Origin: Lachnospiraceae bacterium
GTDB taxonomy: Bacteria; Bacillota; Clostridia; Lachnospirales; Lachnospiraceae
Direction of reading: 5' to 3'
Assembly (NCBI GenBank): GCA_017550535.1
Contig: JAFZOS010000042.1
Coordinates: 50,248 to 114,247 of the forward strand
DNA: 64,000 nucleotides
Shown here: in pieces, positions 48,752-56,956 of the stretch
Position numbering within the stretch: position 1 is the stretch's first letter
Layout: every line of letters starts with the position of its first letter
Program-made: the position numbers and the translations under genes
Notes under the pieces: generated by a model
Told to the model about the DNA's origin: nothing
The model's input: only the letters and a program-made list of their open reading frames with translations
The model's database searches: none

Positions 48752-50197
48752 ATGGGCGGAATATTCGGAGTGGTATCAAAAAAGGACTGTGCGCTGGATC
48801 TTTTCTTCGGGACCGATTATCATTCTCACCTCGGAACAAGGCGTGCCGGTATGGCGATGTACGGTGACCGCGGTTTTGACCGTGCGATCCATAATATACA
48901 GAATTCACCCTTCCGTACCAAGTTTGAACGTGACATCAGCGAGTTCAACGGACGGGTGGGGATCGGATGTATATCCGATTATGAACCCCAACCGCTTCTT
49001 ATAAGGTCGCATCTCGGAAGCTTTGCCATAACCACGGTCAGTAAGATAAACAATATCGATGAGCTGGTTAAGGAGATTTACAATGCGGGGCATACCCAGT
49101 TTCTGGAAATGAGCGGCAGCAACATCAATCCGACCGAACTCGTCGCTTCTCTGATAAATCAGAAGGATTCGATAAGCGAAGGGATTGAGTATGCTCTTGA
49201 CAAGATTGACGGCTCGCTGACTCTTCTTGTTATGACCGAGAAGGGTATTTATGCCGGACGTGATCTGTATGGGAGGACGCCCCTTATGATAGGGCGGAAA
49301 GATGATGAGGCATACTGCCTGGCCTTTGAGAGCTTTTCATATATTAATCTCGGATATAAGGATGAGAAGGAACTGGGTCCCGGCGAGATAGTATATGTAA
49401 CGGCTGACGGTTATGAGACGCTGCGTCCGGCTCAGGAAACAATGAAGATATGCACATTCCTGTGGATATATTACGGGTATCCGACTTCTACATATGAAGG
49501 CGTAAATGTTGAAGATATGCGGTATCGCTGCGGTAAGGCGCTGGCAGAGCGGGACTCCGTAAAGCCTGATATCGTTGCGGGCGTTCCGGATTCGGGAACC
49601 GCTCATGCTATCGGGTATGCCAACGAGTCGGGCATACCGTTTGCCCGTCCATTCATAAAGTATACGCCAACCTGGCCGCGTTCGTTCATGCCGACCGATC
49701 AGAGTCAGCGTAACCTTATAGCAAGGATGAAACTGATACCGGTTGACAAGCTTATCAGGAACAAATCCCTGCTGCTTATAGATGATTCTATCGTGAGGGG
49801 AACTCAGCTTAGAGAGACGACGGAATTCCTGTACAGGAGCGGAGCCGGAGAAGTGCATATAAGGCCGGCGTGCCCGCCCCTCCTTCACGGATGTAAGTTC
49901 CTTAATTTTTCAAGATCAAATTCAGAATATGATCTTATAACCCGCCGGGTAATAAGGGAGCGCGAGGGCGAGGATGTTTCCGATGAGGTCCTTAAGGATT
50001 ATGCAGATCCTGACAGTACCAATTATAAGGAAATGATAGAGGACATAAGGAAGCAGCTTAATTTCACTTCGCTTGCGTTTAACCGCCTTGACGACATGGT
50101 AAGTTCGGTGGGTATCCCCAAGGAAAAGCTGTGCACATACTGTTGGGACAAGCAGGGTGACTGCAGGGATTGTTCGTCATGTAAAGGATGTTCATGA
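48752..50197 (+). CDS. Amidophosphoribosyltransferase (PurF)-like protein lacking the N-terminal catalytic Cys
   Basis: It has an Ntn-amidotransferase fold and a PRTase motif (LLLIDDSIVRGTQ). The protein starts MGGIFGV where PurF has MCGI(V/F)G. The C-terminus is Cys-rich (CTYCWDKQGDCRDCSSCKGCS). GGGAGG RBS fixes the start. Confidence 0.82.
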   Translation: MGGIFGVVSKKDCALDLFFGTDYHSHLGTRRAGMAMYGDRGFDRAIHNIQNSPFRTKFERDISEFNGRVGIGCISDYEPQPLLIRSHLGSFAITTVSKINNIDELVKEIYNAGHTQFLEMSGSNINPTELVASLINQKDSISEGIEYALDKIDGSLTLLVMTEKGIYAGRDLYGRTPLMIGRKDDEAYCLAFESFSYINLGYKDEKELGPGEIVYVTADGYETLRPAQETMKICTFLWIYYGYPTSTYEGVNVEDMRYRCGKALAERDSVKPDIVAGVPDSGTAHAIGYANESGIPFARPFIKYTPTWPRSFMPTDQSQRNLIARMKLIPVDKLIRNKSLLLIDDSIVRGTQLRETTEFLYRSGAGEVHIRPACPPLLHGCKFLNFSRSNSEYDLITRRVIREREGEDVSDEVLKDYADPDSTNYKEMIEDIRKQLNFTSLAFNRLDDMVSSVGIPKEKLCTYCWDKQGDCRDCSSCKGCS

Positions 50198-50335
50198 TCG
50201 GAAAAGCCGATTAGTATAATTTATACAAATATCTGCAAATGAATATGTAATTCAAATAATTGCGCAACAATATATAATTTCAACAATAATTGAACGACAA
50301 AAACATAAATTTTAATGCAAATTCAGAAAATAGTA

Positions 50336-50364
50336 TTGACAGTACATGATTTCTGTGTTAATAT
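50336..50364 (+). promoter_or_regulatory. Sigma-A-type promoter upstream of the sigI leader
   Basis: TTGACA (50336..50341) - 17 nt - TGtTAATAT (-10 at 50359..50364). Confidence 0.55.
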
Positions 50365-50370
50365 CAGTTT

Positions 50371-50600
50371 AACAAATAACAAAGTAGGCACGCGTTCTGA
50401 TTTGTCGATTGTCTAATGTGAACCGGATATGAAAACTGTAAAACCACCATCAAGGGTGAAAAAGGTCACAGTTAAAACCAGACTTGATAATGACGAATAA
50501 GCGGCTTGACCGGAATAGAAAGGCAGGTACGGTCCATTGACACAATTTCATTAGGGGACCACGGTGTTAAGATTTTTGGCATCGTGGTCTTCCTGTTTTA
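50371..50600 (+). ncRNA. Candidate ~230-nt regulatory leader or sRNA ending in an intrinsic terminator
   Basis: No credible ORF is present. It contains an internal imperfect duplication (TGAACCGGATATGAAAA / TGACCGGAATAGAAAGG; CTGTAAAACC / CAGTTAAAACC). GGTCC (50531..50535) can pair with GGACC (50556..50560) as an alternative to the terminator stem. Confidence 0.35.
50555..50600 (+). terminator. Intrinsic terminator
   Basis: The GACCACGGTG / CATCGTGGTC stem (50557..50566 / 50580..50589) is followed by TTCCTGTTTTAT. Confidence 0.55.
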
Positions 50601-50654
50601 TAAAAACCTGCACTTTATTAAGGATTTTTTGGAAATTTTCTTCCCGACAGCGGT

Positions 50655-50680
50655 TTTTCCCCTGTATTTATCGTATATAT
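50655..50680 (+). promoter_or_regulatory. Possible SigI-dependent (autoregulatory) promoter
   Basis: TTTTTCCCC (to 50662) - 9 nt - CGTA (50672..50675). From memory this resembles the C-rich -35 and CGWA -10 reported for sigma-I promoters. I did not verify the spacing. Confidence 0.3.
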
Positions 50681-50814
50681 ATAGTGAAGGGGAAAAAATA
50701 ATTAAAAATTTTTAAATAACACTACTCTAAGTAAAAAAATATCCGATATATAGTATGGTACCCGGTGGCGGACCGCATATATGGCGGTTTGTTGACGAGG
50801 AGGAATTTTTTTAC

Positions 50815-51567
50815 ATGGAGAACAATATGAACAATCAGGCTGTAGCTGCTAAGACCAGCGAGATAATGCGCGAAACTTTCATAAAGGATATGGAAAGGAC
50901 CATTCTCAGGTTCGCATCCGGCATAACCGGAAGGTTTATCACTAAGAGCGATGATGAATGGTCTATTGCGCTGTTTGCATTTAATAAGGCGATCGACAGT
51001 TATTCGGAGGATAAGGGCGACTATATGGCTTATTCCAAGCTGCTTATTGACAGGGCGCTTATTGATTATCGCAGGTCAGAGAGCAGGCACAGCGCCGAGA
51101 TACTGTATGATCCGGAGATCCTTGAAGGCGAAGATTCGGGTCCGATCTACGAAAAGCTTCTTCGTGAGAGTTCCGTTCACGAGGAGAAGCAGCTTGTCAA
51201 CACCGACCTTAAAGATGAGATCGAAGATATAAATGAGAACCTGCGCAAATACGGTTTTTCTTTCTTTGATGTGGCGGGTTCGTCTCCTAAGTCCGTAAAG
51301 ACGAGGTCTGAATGCGGAAAGGTGATGTTTGAGATCGTAAACGACAGGGAAATGAAGGCGTCCGTGCTCAAAACGGGCAAGCTTCCCCTTAAGCAGCTGT
51401 GCAGCAAGCTTGCGATATCAAGGTTCATGCTTGACAGGCACAGAAAGTACATACTTACGGGTGTGATCATCCTGAGCGGTGAATATCCTCTTATTGAGAG
51501 TTATCTTCAATATACAAGAAATGAAATAAGAAAGGAATTAAGGTCTGATGAAGGCTGTTGTGCTTGA
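50815..51567 (+). CDS. sigI: RNA polymerase sigma factor SigI
   Basis: 250 aa. DDEWSIALFAFNKAIDSYSEDKG, YGFSFFDVAGSSPKSVKTR, GKLPLKQL and RHRKYILTGVIILSGEYPLIESYL align with B. subtilis SigI as I recall it. The start at 50815 is uncertain by a few codons. Confidence 0.85.
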   Translation: MENNMNNQAVAAKTSEIMRETFIKDMERTILRFASGITGRFITKSDDEWSIALFAFNKAIDSYSEDKGDYMAYSKLLIDRALIDYRRSESRHSAEILYDPEILEGEDSGPIYEKLLRESSVHEEKQLVNTDLKDEIEDINENLRKYGFSFFDVAGSSPKSVKTRSECGKVMFEIVNDREMKASVLKTGKLPLKQLCSKLAISRFMLDRHRKYILTGVIILSGEYPLIESYLQYTRNEIRKELRSDEGCCA

Positions 51568-52810
51568 AATTAGGAATAAAAAGGCTGCGGTGTTAACGCA
51601 TGGCGGTCAGATACTCAAGGTCTGTAACAAGGACTATCTTGTGGGACAGGAGATTTATGTCAGGGAGACCTCTGAGAAGGTTGTGGATTTTGCGAGAAAT
51701 GCGAGCAGGTGGATGCCTGCAGCCGTGGCGGCCGCATTTCTTGTTGTGATAGGACGGTTCATGTGCCTGTCGCTTGAGCCCTACGGAGTGGTAAGCCTTG
51801 ATGTCAATCCTTCAATAGAGTTTACGATAAACAACATGGACAAGGTGCTGTATGTTAACGGAGTAAACGATGACGGCCAGGATATCATAAACAGTATCAA
51901 CGATAATATGCTGTTAAATCAGAGTATCGAGAAGGCTGTAAACGTAACTATAGATAAAATAGAATCAAAGGGCTATCTGGACGGAGAAAACAGGAATTAT
52001 GTCGTGGTAGCTGCAAATACCGTTAAGGAGAGTCACACGGATAAACTTGTTGAAAAGCTTGACAGGTCTATCTCTGCAAATGAAAATGTACAGCCTATAA
52101 CAATGAAGGCGACTGATGAGGAAGTAAGCGAAGCAAGGAACATGGGTACGTCGCCGGGTAAGATGATAATAGTTAACAAGCTTGACAGCGTTAATGAGGA
52201 AAGCATTGATAAATCCGAATGGCTTGGAAGAAGCGTAGCCGATATCGTAAATGAATATGATAAGGTCACGAACAGGGCGGCAACCGTGACGGGTACTTCT
52301 TCCGAAACTTCCGGGACAGTAAAGCCAGTGGCGGCAAAGAAGGCCGATACATCAAAAGCTGATCAGGGAAAAGCGGACTCCGAAAAGGATACGGCCGAGG
52401 ATACGGATGATTCGGAAAGCTCGCAGGGTAAGAAAGCAAAGGGTAATAAGGATACATCCGATAACTCGGCTAAGAATACACCTGAGCCTACGCCGGAACC
52501 CACACCGGTAATAACCGATCCGACACCGGTTGTAACGCAGGATCCCTCACCGGTAGCATCCGATCCTAGTCCCGAGGTAACGGAGCCCACACCCGAGCCT
52601 ACGCCGGAACCCGATCCGTTCCCGGTTATAACAGATCCCTCACCGGAACCTGTTCCCGATCTTCCGGATCCGTTCCCGGTTATTACTGATCCGTCACCTG
52701 AACCGGTCCCTCCGGCGCCCGATCCGTCGCCTGTGATAGATGAGCCGGGTGATAATGATGGCGATCAGGGCGGTGAAGTTCCTGAAAGCAGCGCTGAGAC
52801 CACGGAGTGA
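51548..52810 (+). CDS. rsgI: Anti-sigma-I factor RsgI-like protein with Pro/Thr/Asp-rich C-terminal region
   Basis: RsgI_N motif MKAVVLEIRNKKAAVLTHGGQILKV, one TM, a conserved juxtamembrane domain (VSLDVNPSIEFTIN), then a ~170-aa low-complexity tail. 20-nt overlap with sigI. Confidence 0.8.
   Translation: MKAVVLEIRNKKAAVLTHGGQILKVCNKDYLVGQEIYVRETSEKVVDFARNASRWMPAAVAAAFLVVIGRFMCLSLEPYGVVSLDVNPSIEFTINNMDKVLYVNGVNDDGQDIINSINDNMLLNQSIEKAVNVTIDKIESKGYLDGENRNYVVVAANTVKESHTDKLVEKLDRSISANENVQPITMKATDEEVSEARNMGTSPGKMIIVNKLDSVNEESIDKSEWLGRSVADIVNEYDKVTNRAATVTGTSSETSGTVKPVAAKKADTSKADQGKADSEKDTAEDTDDSESSQGKKAKGNKDTSDNSAKNTPEPTPEPTPVITDPTPVVTQDPSPVASDPSPEVTEPTPEPTPEPDPFPVITDPSPEPVPDLPDPFPVITDPSPEPVPPAPDPSPVIDEPGDNDGDQGGEVPESSAETTE
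52613..52720 (+). repeat. Tandem 54-nt coding repeat (2 copies plus a partial third) in rsgI
   Basis: gatccgttcccggttataacagatccctcaccggaacctgttcccgatcttccg is followed by gatccgttcccggttattactgatccgtcacctgaaccggtccctccggcgccc. These encode DPFPVITDPSPEPVPDLP and DPFPVITDPSPEPVPPAP. GAGCCTACGCCGGAACCC also occurs twice upstream (near 52486 and 52595). Confidence 0.85.
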
Positions 52811-52823
52811 ATTAAGGTGAATT

Positions 52824-52858
52824 AAAAAAGAACAGCCTTTTGCAGGCTGTTCTTTTTT
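52824..52858. terminator. Bidirectional intrinsic terminator
   Basis: AAAAAA-GAACAGCC-ttttgca-GGCTGTTC-TTTTTT, between convergent rsgI and mscL. Confidence 0.85.
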
Positions 52859-52879
52859 ATTGGATAACCCGGTTCCTGT

Positions 52880-53296
52880 TTATTTGTCAAGATCCGATGT
52901 ACAATGCGGGCACTTTGTGGCCTTTATGCTGATCTCGGACTGGCAGAAAGGACAAACCTTGGTAGTGGGATCGGGTTCTGCATCCTTCTTTTTATTGAAC
53001 TTGTTGATCGCCTTTATGATAGAAAAGATAACTATCGCGATGAGAAGGAAATTGATGATAGCTGTGATGAATGCCCCGTAATTGAACGTTGCTGCACCTT
53101 CACCGCTTCCGAGAGCGATCGAGAGGTTGGAAAAATCAAATCCGCCTGTAAGCAGCGAGATAAGCGGCATTATGATATCGTCAACCAGTGAAGTGACGAT
53201 CGCCGTGAAAGCACCGCCGATGATAACACCGACAGCCATGTCCATAACATTGCCCTTACTTATAAATTCCTTGAATTCCTTGATAAAGCTCTTCAT
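52880..53296 (-). CDS. mscL: Large-conductance mechanosensitive channel with C-terminal zinc-ribbon extension
   Basis: [46 protein letters not shown] is canonical MscL. The C-terminus is [27 protein letters not shown] at 53296 follows AGAGGGA. Confidence 0.9.
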   Translation of the reverse strand: MKSFIKEFKEFISKGNVMDMAVGVIIGGAFTAIVTSLVDDIIMPLISLLTGGFDFSNLSIALGSGEGAATFNYGAFITAIINFLLIAIVIFSIIKAINKFNKKKDAEPDPTTKVCPFCQSEISIKATKCPHCTSDLDK

Positions 53297-53485
53297 TTTA
53301 ATCCCTCTTTTCTGACTTTTTTTGCCCGGCACCCAAACTTACCTATGGGCTTTTGACGTTTTAAATTTTATCACAAAGCTTATATATAATACAACACAAT
53401 TAAAACCACTTGTTGTAAGGGAATATATCTGATACACTAGGAATTGTGGTATTTATGCCAAGTATGTAATGATAGGAGCGAAAAA

Positions 53486-55177
53486 ATGTCCGACACCGAC
53501 ATGAAGAACACGGAAAACGGCGAAAAGGAAACCGTTTCCCGCAATTTTATAGAAAATGAGATTGACAGGGACTTAAGTGAAGGGGTTTATACAACGGTGC
53601 ATACCAGGTTTCCGCCCGAACCCAACGGTTATCTGCATATAGGGCATGCCAAGTCGATACTGTTAAATTACGGCCTGGCAAAGGAATACGGCGGAAAGTT
53701 CAACCTTCGCTTTGACGACACCAATCCAACAAAGGAAAAGACGGAATTCGTGGAATCCATAAAGGCCGATGTCGAGTGGCTCGGTGCTGACTGGGAAGGA
53801 CGTCTTTTCTTTGCGTCCGATTATTTTGATCAGATGTATGAGGCGGCGGTCAAGCTTATAAAGAAGGGCAAGGCTTTTGTCTGTGACTTAAGTGCGGATC
53901 AGATAAAGGAATACAGGGGTACCTTTGATACTCCCGGTAAGAACAGTCCCTACAGGGACAGGAGTATCGAGGAGAATCTTGAACTCTTCGAGAATATGAA
54001 AAACGGTATGTATAAGGATGGTGAGAAGGTATTGCGTGCGAAGATCGATATGGCTTCGCCCAACATCAATATGCGCGATCCCGTCATCTACCGTGTGGCA
54101 CATATGAGCCATCATAATACGGGTGATAAGTGGTGCATCTATCCGATGTATGATTTTGCCCATCCGATCGAGGATGCCATTGAAGGCATCACCCATTCCA
54201 TCTGTACGCTTGAGTTCGAGGACCACAGGCCGTTATATGACTGGGTGGTAAGGGAGCTTGAATATGAGTATCCGCCCAGGCAGATAGAATTTGCCAAACT
54301 ATATTTGACCAATGTGGTCACCGGTAAAAGGTATATCAAAAAGCTTGTTGAGGAAAATATCGTTGACGGCTGGGACGATCCGAGGCTTGTATCTATAGCG
54401 GCATTAAGAAGGCGCGGATTTACCCCCGAATCTATAAGGATGTTTGTTGAACTCTGCGGTGTCAGCAAGGGAAATTCCAGTGTGGACTACGCAATGCTCG
54501 AGTACTGCATAAGGGAGGATCTTAAGAAGAGCAGGGCACGTATCATGGCAGCGCTTGATCCCGTAAAGCTTGTCATAGACAATTATCCGGATGATAAGGT
54601 TGAATATTTTGAGGTTGCCAACAACCTTGAAAACGAAGAACTCGGGACCCGTAAGGTAGCCTTTACGAAGGAGCTTTATATAGACCGCGAGGATTTCATG
54701 ATCGAACCTCCGAAGAAATACTTCCGTCTGTTCCCCGATAATGAGGTACGCCTGATGAATGCGTATTTTGTCAGGTGCACGGGCTATGAGACGGATGACG
54801 AAGGCAGGGTGACTCTTGTTCATTGTACTTATGATCCCGAAACACGGAACGGTGAATGCAGCACGCGCAAGGTAAAGGGCACTATCCACTGGGTAAGCAC
54901 TTCGCATGCCGTCAAGGCCGAGGTAAGGCTCTATGAGAATCTTGTGGATGAAGAAAAAGGCGTGTATAATGAAGAAGACGGCTCGCTGAACTTAAACCCT
55001 GATTCCAGGACGATCCTTAAGGACTGCTATATAGAGGAAAGCATTAAGGGTGCCAAGGCGTATGACAGCTTCCAGTTCGTAAGGCAAGGTTACTTCTGTG
55101 TGGATTCGAAGGATTCGCGGGATGATGCGCTTGTGTTTAACAGGATAGTATCACTTAAGAGTTCGTTTAAATTATAA
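53486..55177 (+). CDS. glnS: Glutamine--tRNA ligase
   Basis: [17 protein letters not shown] (HIGH), FDDTNP, and the GlnRS-specific [19 protein letters not shown] with a C-terminal anticodon-binding beta-barrel. ATG at 53486 follows AGGAG. Confidence 0.94.
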   Translation: MSDTDMKNTENGEKETVSRNFIENEIDRDLSEGVYTTVHTRFPPEPNGYLHIGHAKSILLNYGLAKEYGGKFNLRFDDTNPTKEKTEFVESIKADVEWLGADWEGRLFFASDYFDQMYEAAVKLIKKGKAFVCDLSADQIKEYRGTFDTPGKNSPYRDRSIEENLELFENMKNGMYKDGEKVLRAKIDMASPNINMRDPVIYRVAHMSHHNTGDKWCIYPMYDFAHPIEDAIEGITHSICTLEFEDHRPLYDWVVRELEYEYPPRQIEFAKLYLTNVVTGKRYIKKLVEENIVDGWDDPRLVSIAALRRRGFTPESIRMFVELCGVSKGNSSVDYAMLEYCIREDLKKSRARIMAALDPVKLVIDNYPDDKVEYFEVANNLENEELGTRKVAFTKELYIDREDFMIEPPKKYFRLFPDNEVRLMNAYFVRCTGYETDDEGRVTLVHCTYDPETRNGECSTRKVKGTIHWVSTSHAVKAEVRLYENLVDEEKGVYNEEDGSLNLNPDSRTILKDCYIEESIKGAKAYDSFQFVRQGYFCVDSKDSRDDALVFNRIVSLKSSFKL

Positions 55178-55195
55178 TTTCTGTGAGGTATAAAA

Positions 55196-56068
55196 ATGGG
55201 CAGTTTGTTATCCGGCTTGGGGGAGCTCGGACTTAAGGGGCTTGAGGGCGTCGACCTGTATGATGACGCTAAGGAGACGAAGAAGGAAGAGGTTAAGGAG
55301 GCTCCGGCTCCGGAGGCAGCGTTTGATGAACGTGAATGCCTTTTCGGGAAGAGTCACACATGCCCCGTATGCTACAAGGAATTCAAGGCTTTAACTGCCA
55401 GGCAGTCGAAGATACGTCCTGCCGGAATGGACAGGGATCTGCGTCCCAGGTTTAAGAATTTCGATCCCATGAAATATGATGTCATACTCTGTCCGAACTG
55501 CGGCTATGCGGCACTCGGCAGGTTTTTCCATACCATCACACCTCCGCAGGCCAAACTGGTCAAGGAAGGCATATCAAGGAATTTCCATGCGATACCGGAT
55601 AAGGAATATTTTACATACGATGAGGCCTTTTTAAGGTACCAGCTTGCACTCGGCAATGCGGTTGTCAAAAAAGGCAAGGCCGGCGAGAAGGCATATCTTT
55701 GCCTTAAGATGGCGTGGCTTCTGCGCGGTAAGCGCGAAGCGATCGAGGCGGGTAAGGATGAAGTCGATCCCGATAAGATGGAAGAAACGATCAGTGATCT
55801 TATTCAGGACGAGACCGAACTTTTGACAAATGCCCTTGACGGTTTTCTGAACGCAAGGCAGAATGAGAGTTTTCCGATCTGCGGCATGGATGAATCGACT
55901 CTTGATTATATTATAGCCGTAACGGCGATGAAGCTTGAAAAATATGATCTGGTCAACCAGATGCTCAATGTATTGCTTGTACGCAGCAGGCTGACACCCA
56001 TGATGAAGGATTACTGTGTCGACATGAAGGAGGAGCTGCGCAAGATACGCAAGGAGCAGGAAGGCTGA
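55196..56068 (+). CDS. DUF2225-like zinc-ribbon protein
   Basis: Two CxxC pairs (CPVCYKEF...CPNCGYAA) are followed by a helical TPR-like C-terminal domain. Confidence 0.72.
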   Translation: MGSLLSGLGELGLKGLEGVDLYDDAKETKKEEVKEAPAPEAAFDERECLFGKSHTCPVCYKEFKALTARQSKIRPAGMDRDLRPRFKNFDPMKYDVILCPNCGYAALGRFFHTITPPQAKLVKEGISRNFHAIPDKEYFTYDEAFLRYQLALGNAVVKKGKAGEKAYLCLKMAWLLRGKREAIEAGKDEVDPDKMEETISDLIQDETELLTNALDGFLNARQNESFPICGMDESTLDYIIAVTAMKLEKYDLVNQMLNVLLVRSRLTPMMKDYCVDMKEELRKIRKEQEG

Positions 56069-56072
56069 ATAT

Positions 56073-56429
56073 ATGAAGTTTACTGACCTGTTAAGCGGCA
56101 GCAGGGAAGGATCCGATAAGCTGCGTGATTCTTATAAGAACGGTCACAGTTACGGGGTGGCGGTCGTGGGCGGCGAGCACCTGTTTGTAAGGAAGGGATT
56201 CACCGTCTACAGCATTGCATATAAGGATGCCGAGCGGATATTCAGGCGTGTAAGGCGTGTACAGGCCATGATGTGCTGTGATAACGGTGAACTGGAGATC
56301 GAATACCTGGTGGTAATGGCGGACGGACGCGAGCTCATCGAGGTTCAGCTGCCGGGCACAAAGGCAGCCAGGATGCTTATGGATGAGCTTAAGGGAACTG
56401 TTACGGGAGTGGAGTTTGCTGCACCATGA
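56073..56429 (+). CDS. Hypothetical protein
   Basis: 118 aa with a GAAGG RBS, tightly packed between neighbouring genes. I recognised no motif. Confidence 0.5.
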   Translation: MKFTDLLSGSREGSDKLRDSYKNGHSYGVAVVGGEHLFVRKGFTVYSIAYKDAERIFRRVRRVQAMMCCDNGELEIEYLVVMADGRELIEVQLPGTKAARMLMDELKGTVTGVEFAAP

Positions 56430-56923
56430 ACCTGGATAAACTGTTTGAAGATGTGATCGGGGCATATGAGGGCTACTACAACATCGAAAGGGACAATGCG
56501 GCGCCCTTTGATGCAAAGGGTTTTTTGTCGAACGAGTCCGAGCAGTATTTTCTTTTGAAGTCTGCCAAGATCGCATTTGTGAATGCATATGAATATGCGT
56601 ATTTTAAGAAACTTGATACTGTGTCTTGTGATGAACTGACGCAACTTGACGCGGCTGCATGGGAGGACGGCATATCCCATGTTAAGCCGGGAACGGATCA
56701 TAAGAATACGGACGTTGCGCTCATAGTTATAGCGGATAAAGTAGGCGATGACGTAAGGTCGTCGATTGATTCTTATAAACATTCGAAAAATTATATGCTG
56801 GGACTTCACGGGTTTTCCAATTACCGTCTGGTTGTAATCGAAAGCTCTACGGGGACCTTCCTCACAAACCGCCGGGGAAGGGATCTTAGGGATTTCGTTC
56901 AACGGATCATGTCGGGTACATGA
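56426..56923 (+). CDS. Hypothetical protein
   Basis: 165 aa with an ATGA overlap with the preceding gene. I recognised no motif. Confidence 0.5.
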   Translation: MNLDKLFEDVIGAYEGYYNIERDNAAPFDAKGFLSNESEQYFLLKSAKIAFVNAYEYAYFKKLDTVSCDELTQLDAAAWEDGISHVKPGTDHKNTDVALIVIADKVGDDVRSSIDSYKHSKNYMLGLHGFSNYRLVVIESSTGTFLTNRRGRDLRDFVQRIMSGT

Positions 56924-56956
56924 TCAAAAATAAAAAATGGGAAAAGGAGAGAGGAA

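Noticed and set aside
50506-50715. 69-aa + strand ORF in the sigI upstream region
   Set aside because: It has a TTG start and no RBS. It spans an intrinsic terminator and the putative sigma-I promoter, and its Phe/Ile-rich sequence derives from AT-rich DNA.
53486-55177. GlnRS KMSKS-equivalent loop reads V-T-G-K-R instead of V-M-S-K-R
   Set aside because: The functionally important Lys is retained and the rest of the enzyme is canonical, so this is probably normal lineage variation. I cannot judge it without an alignment.
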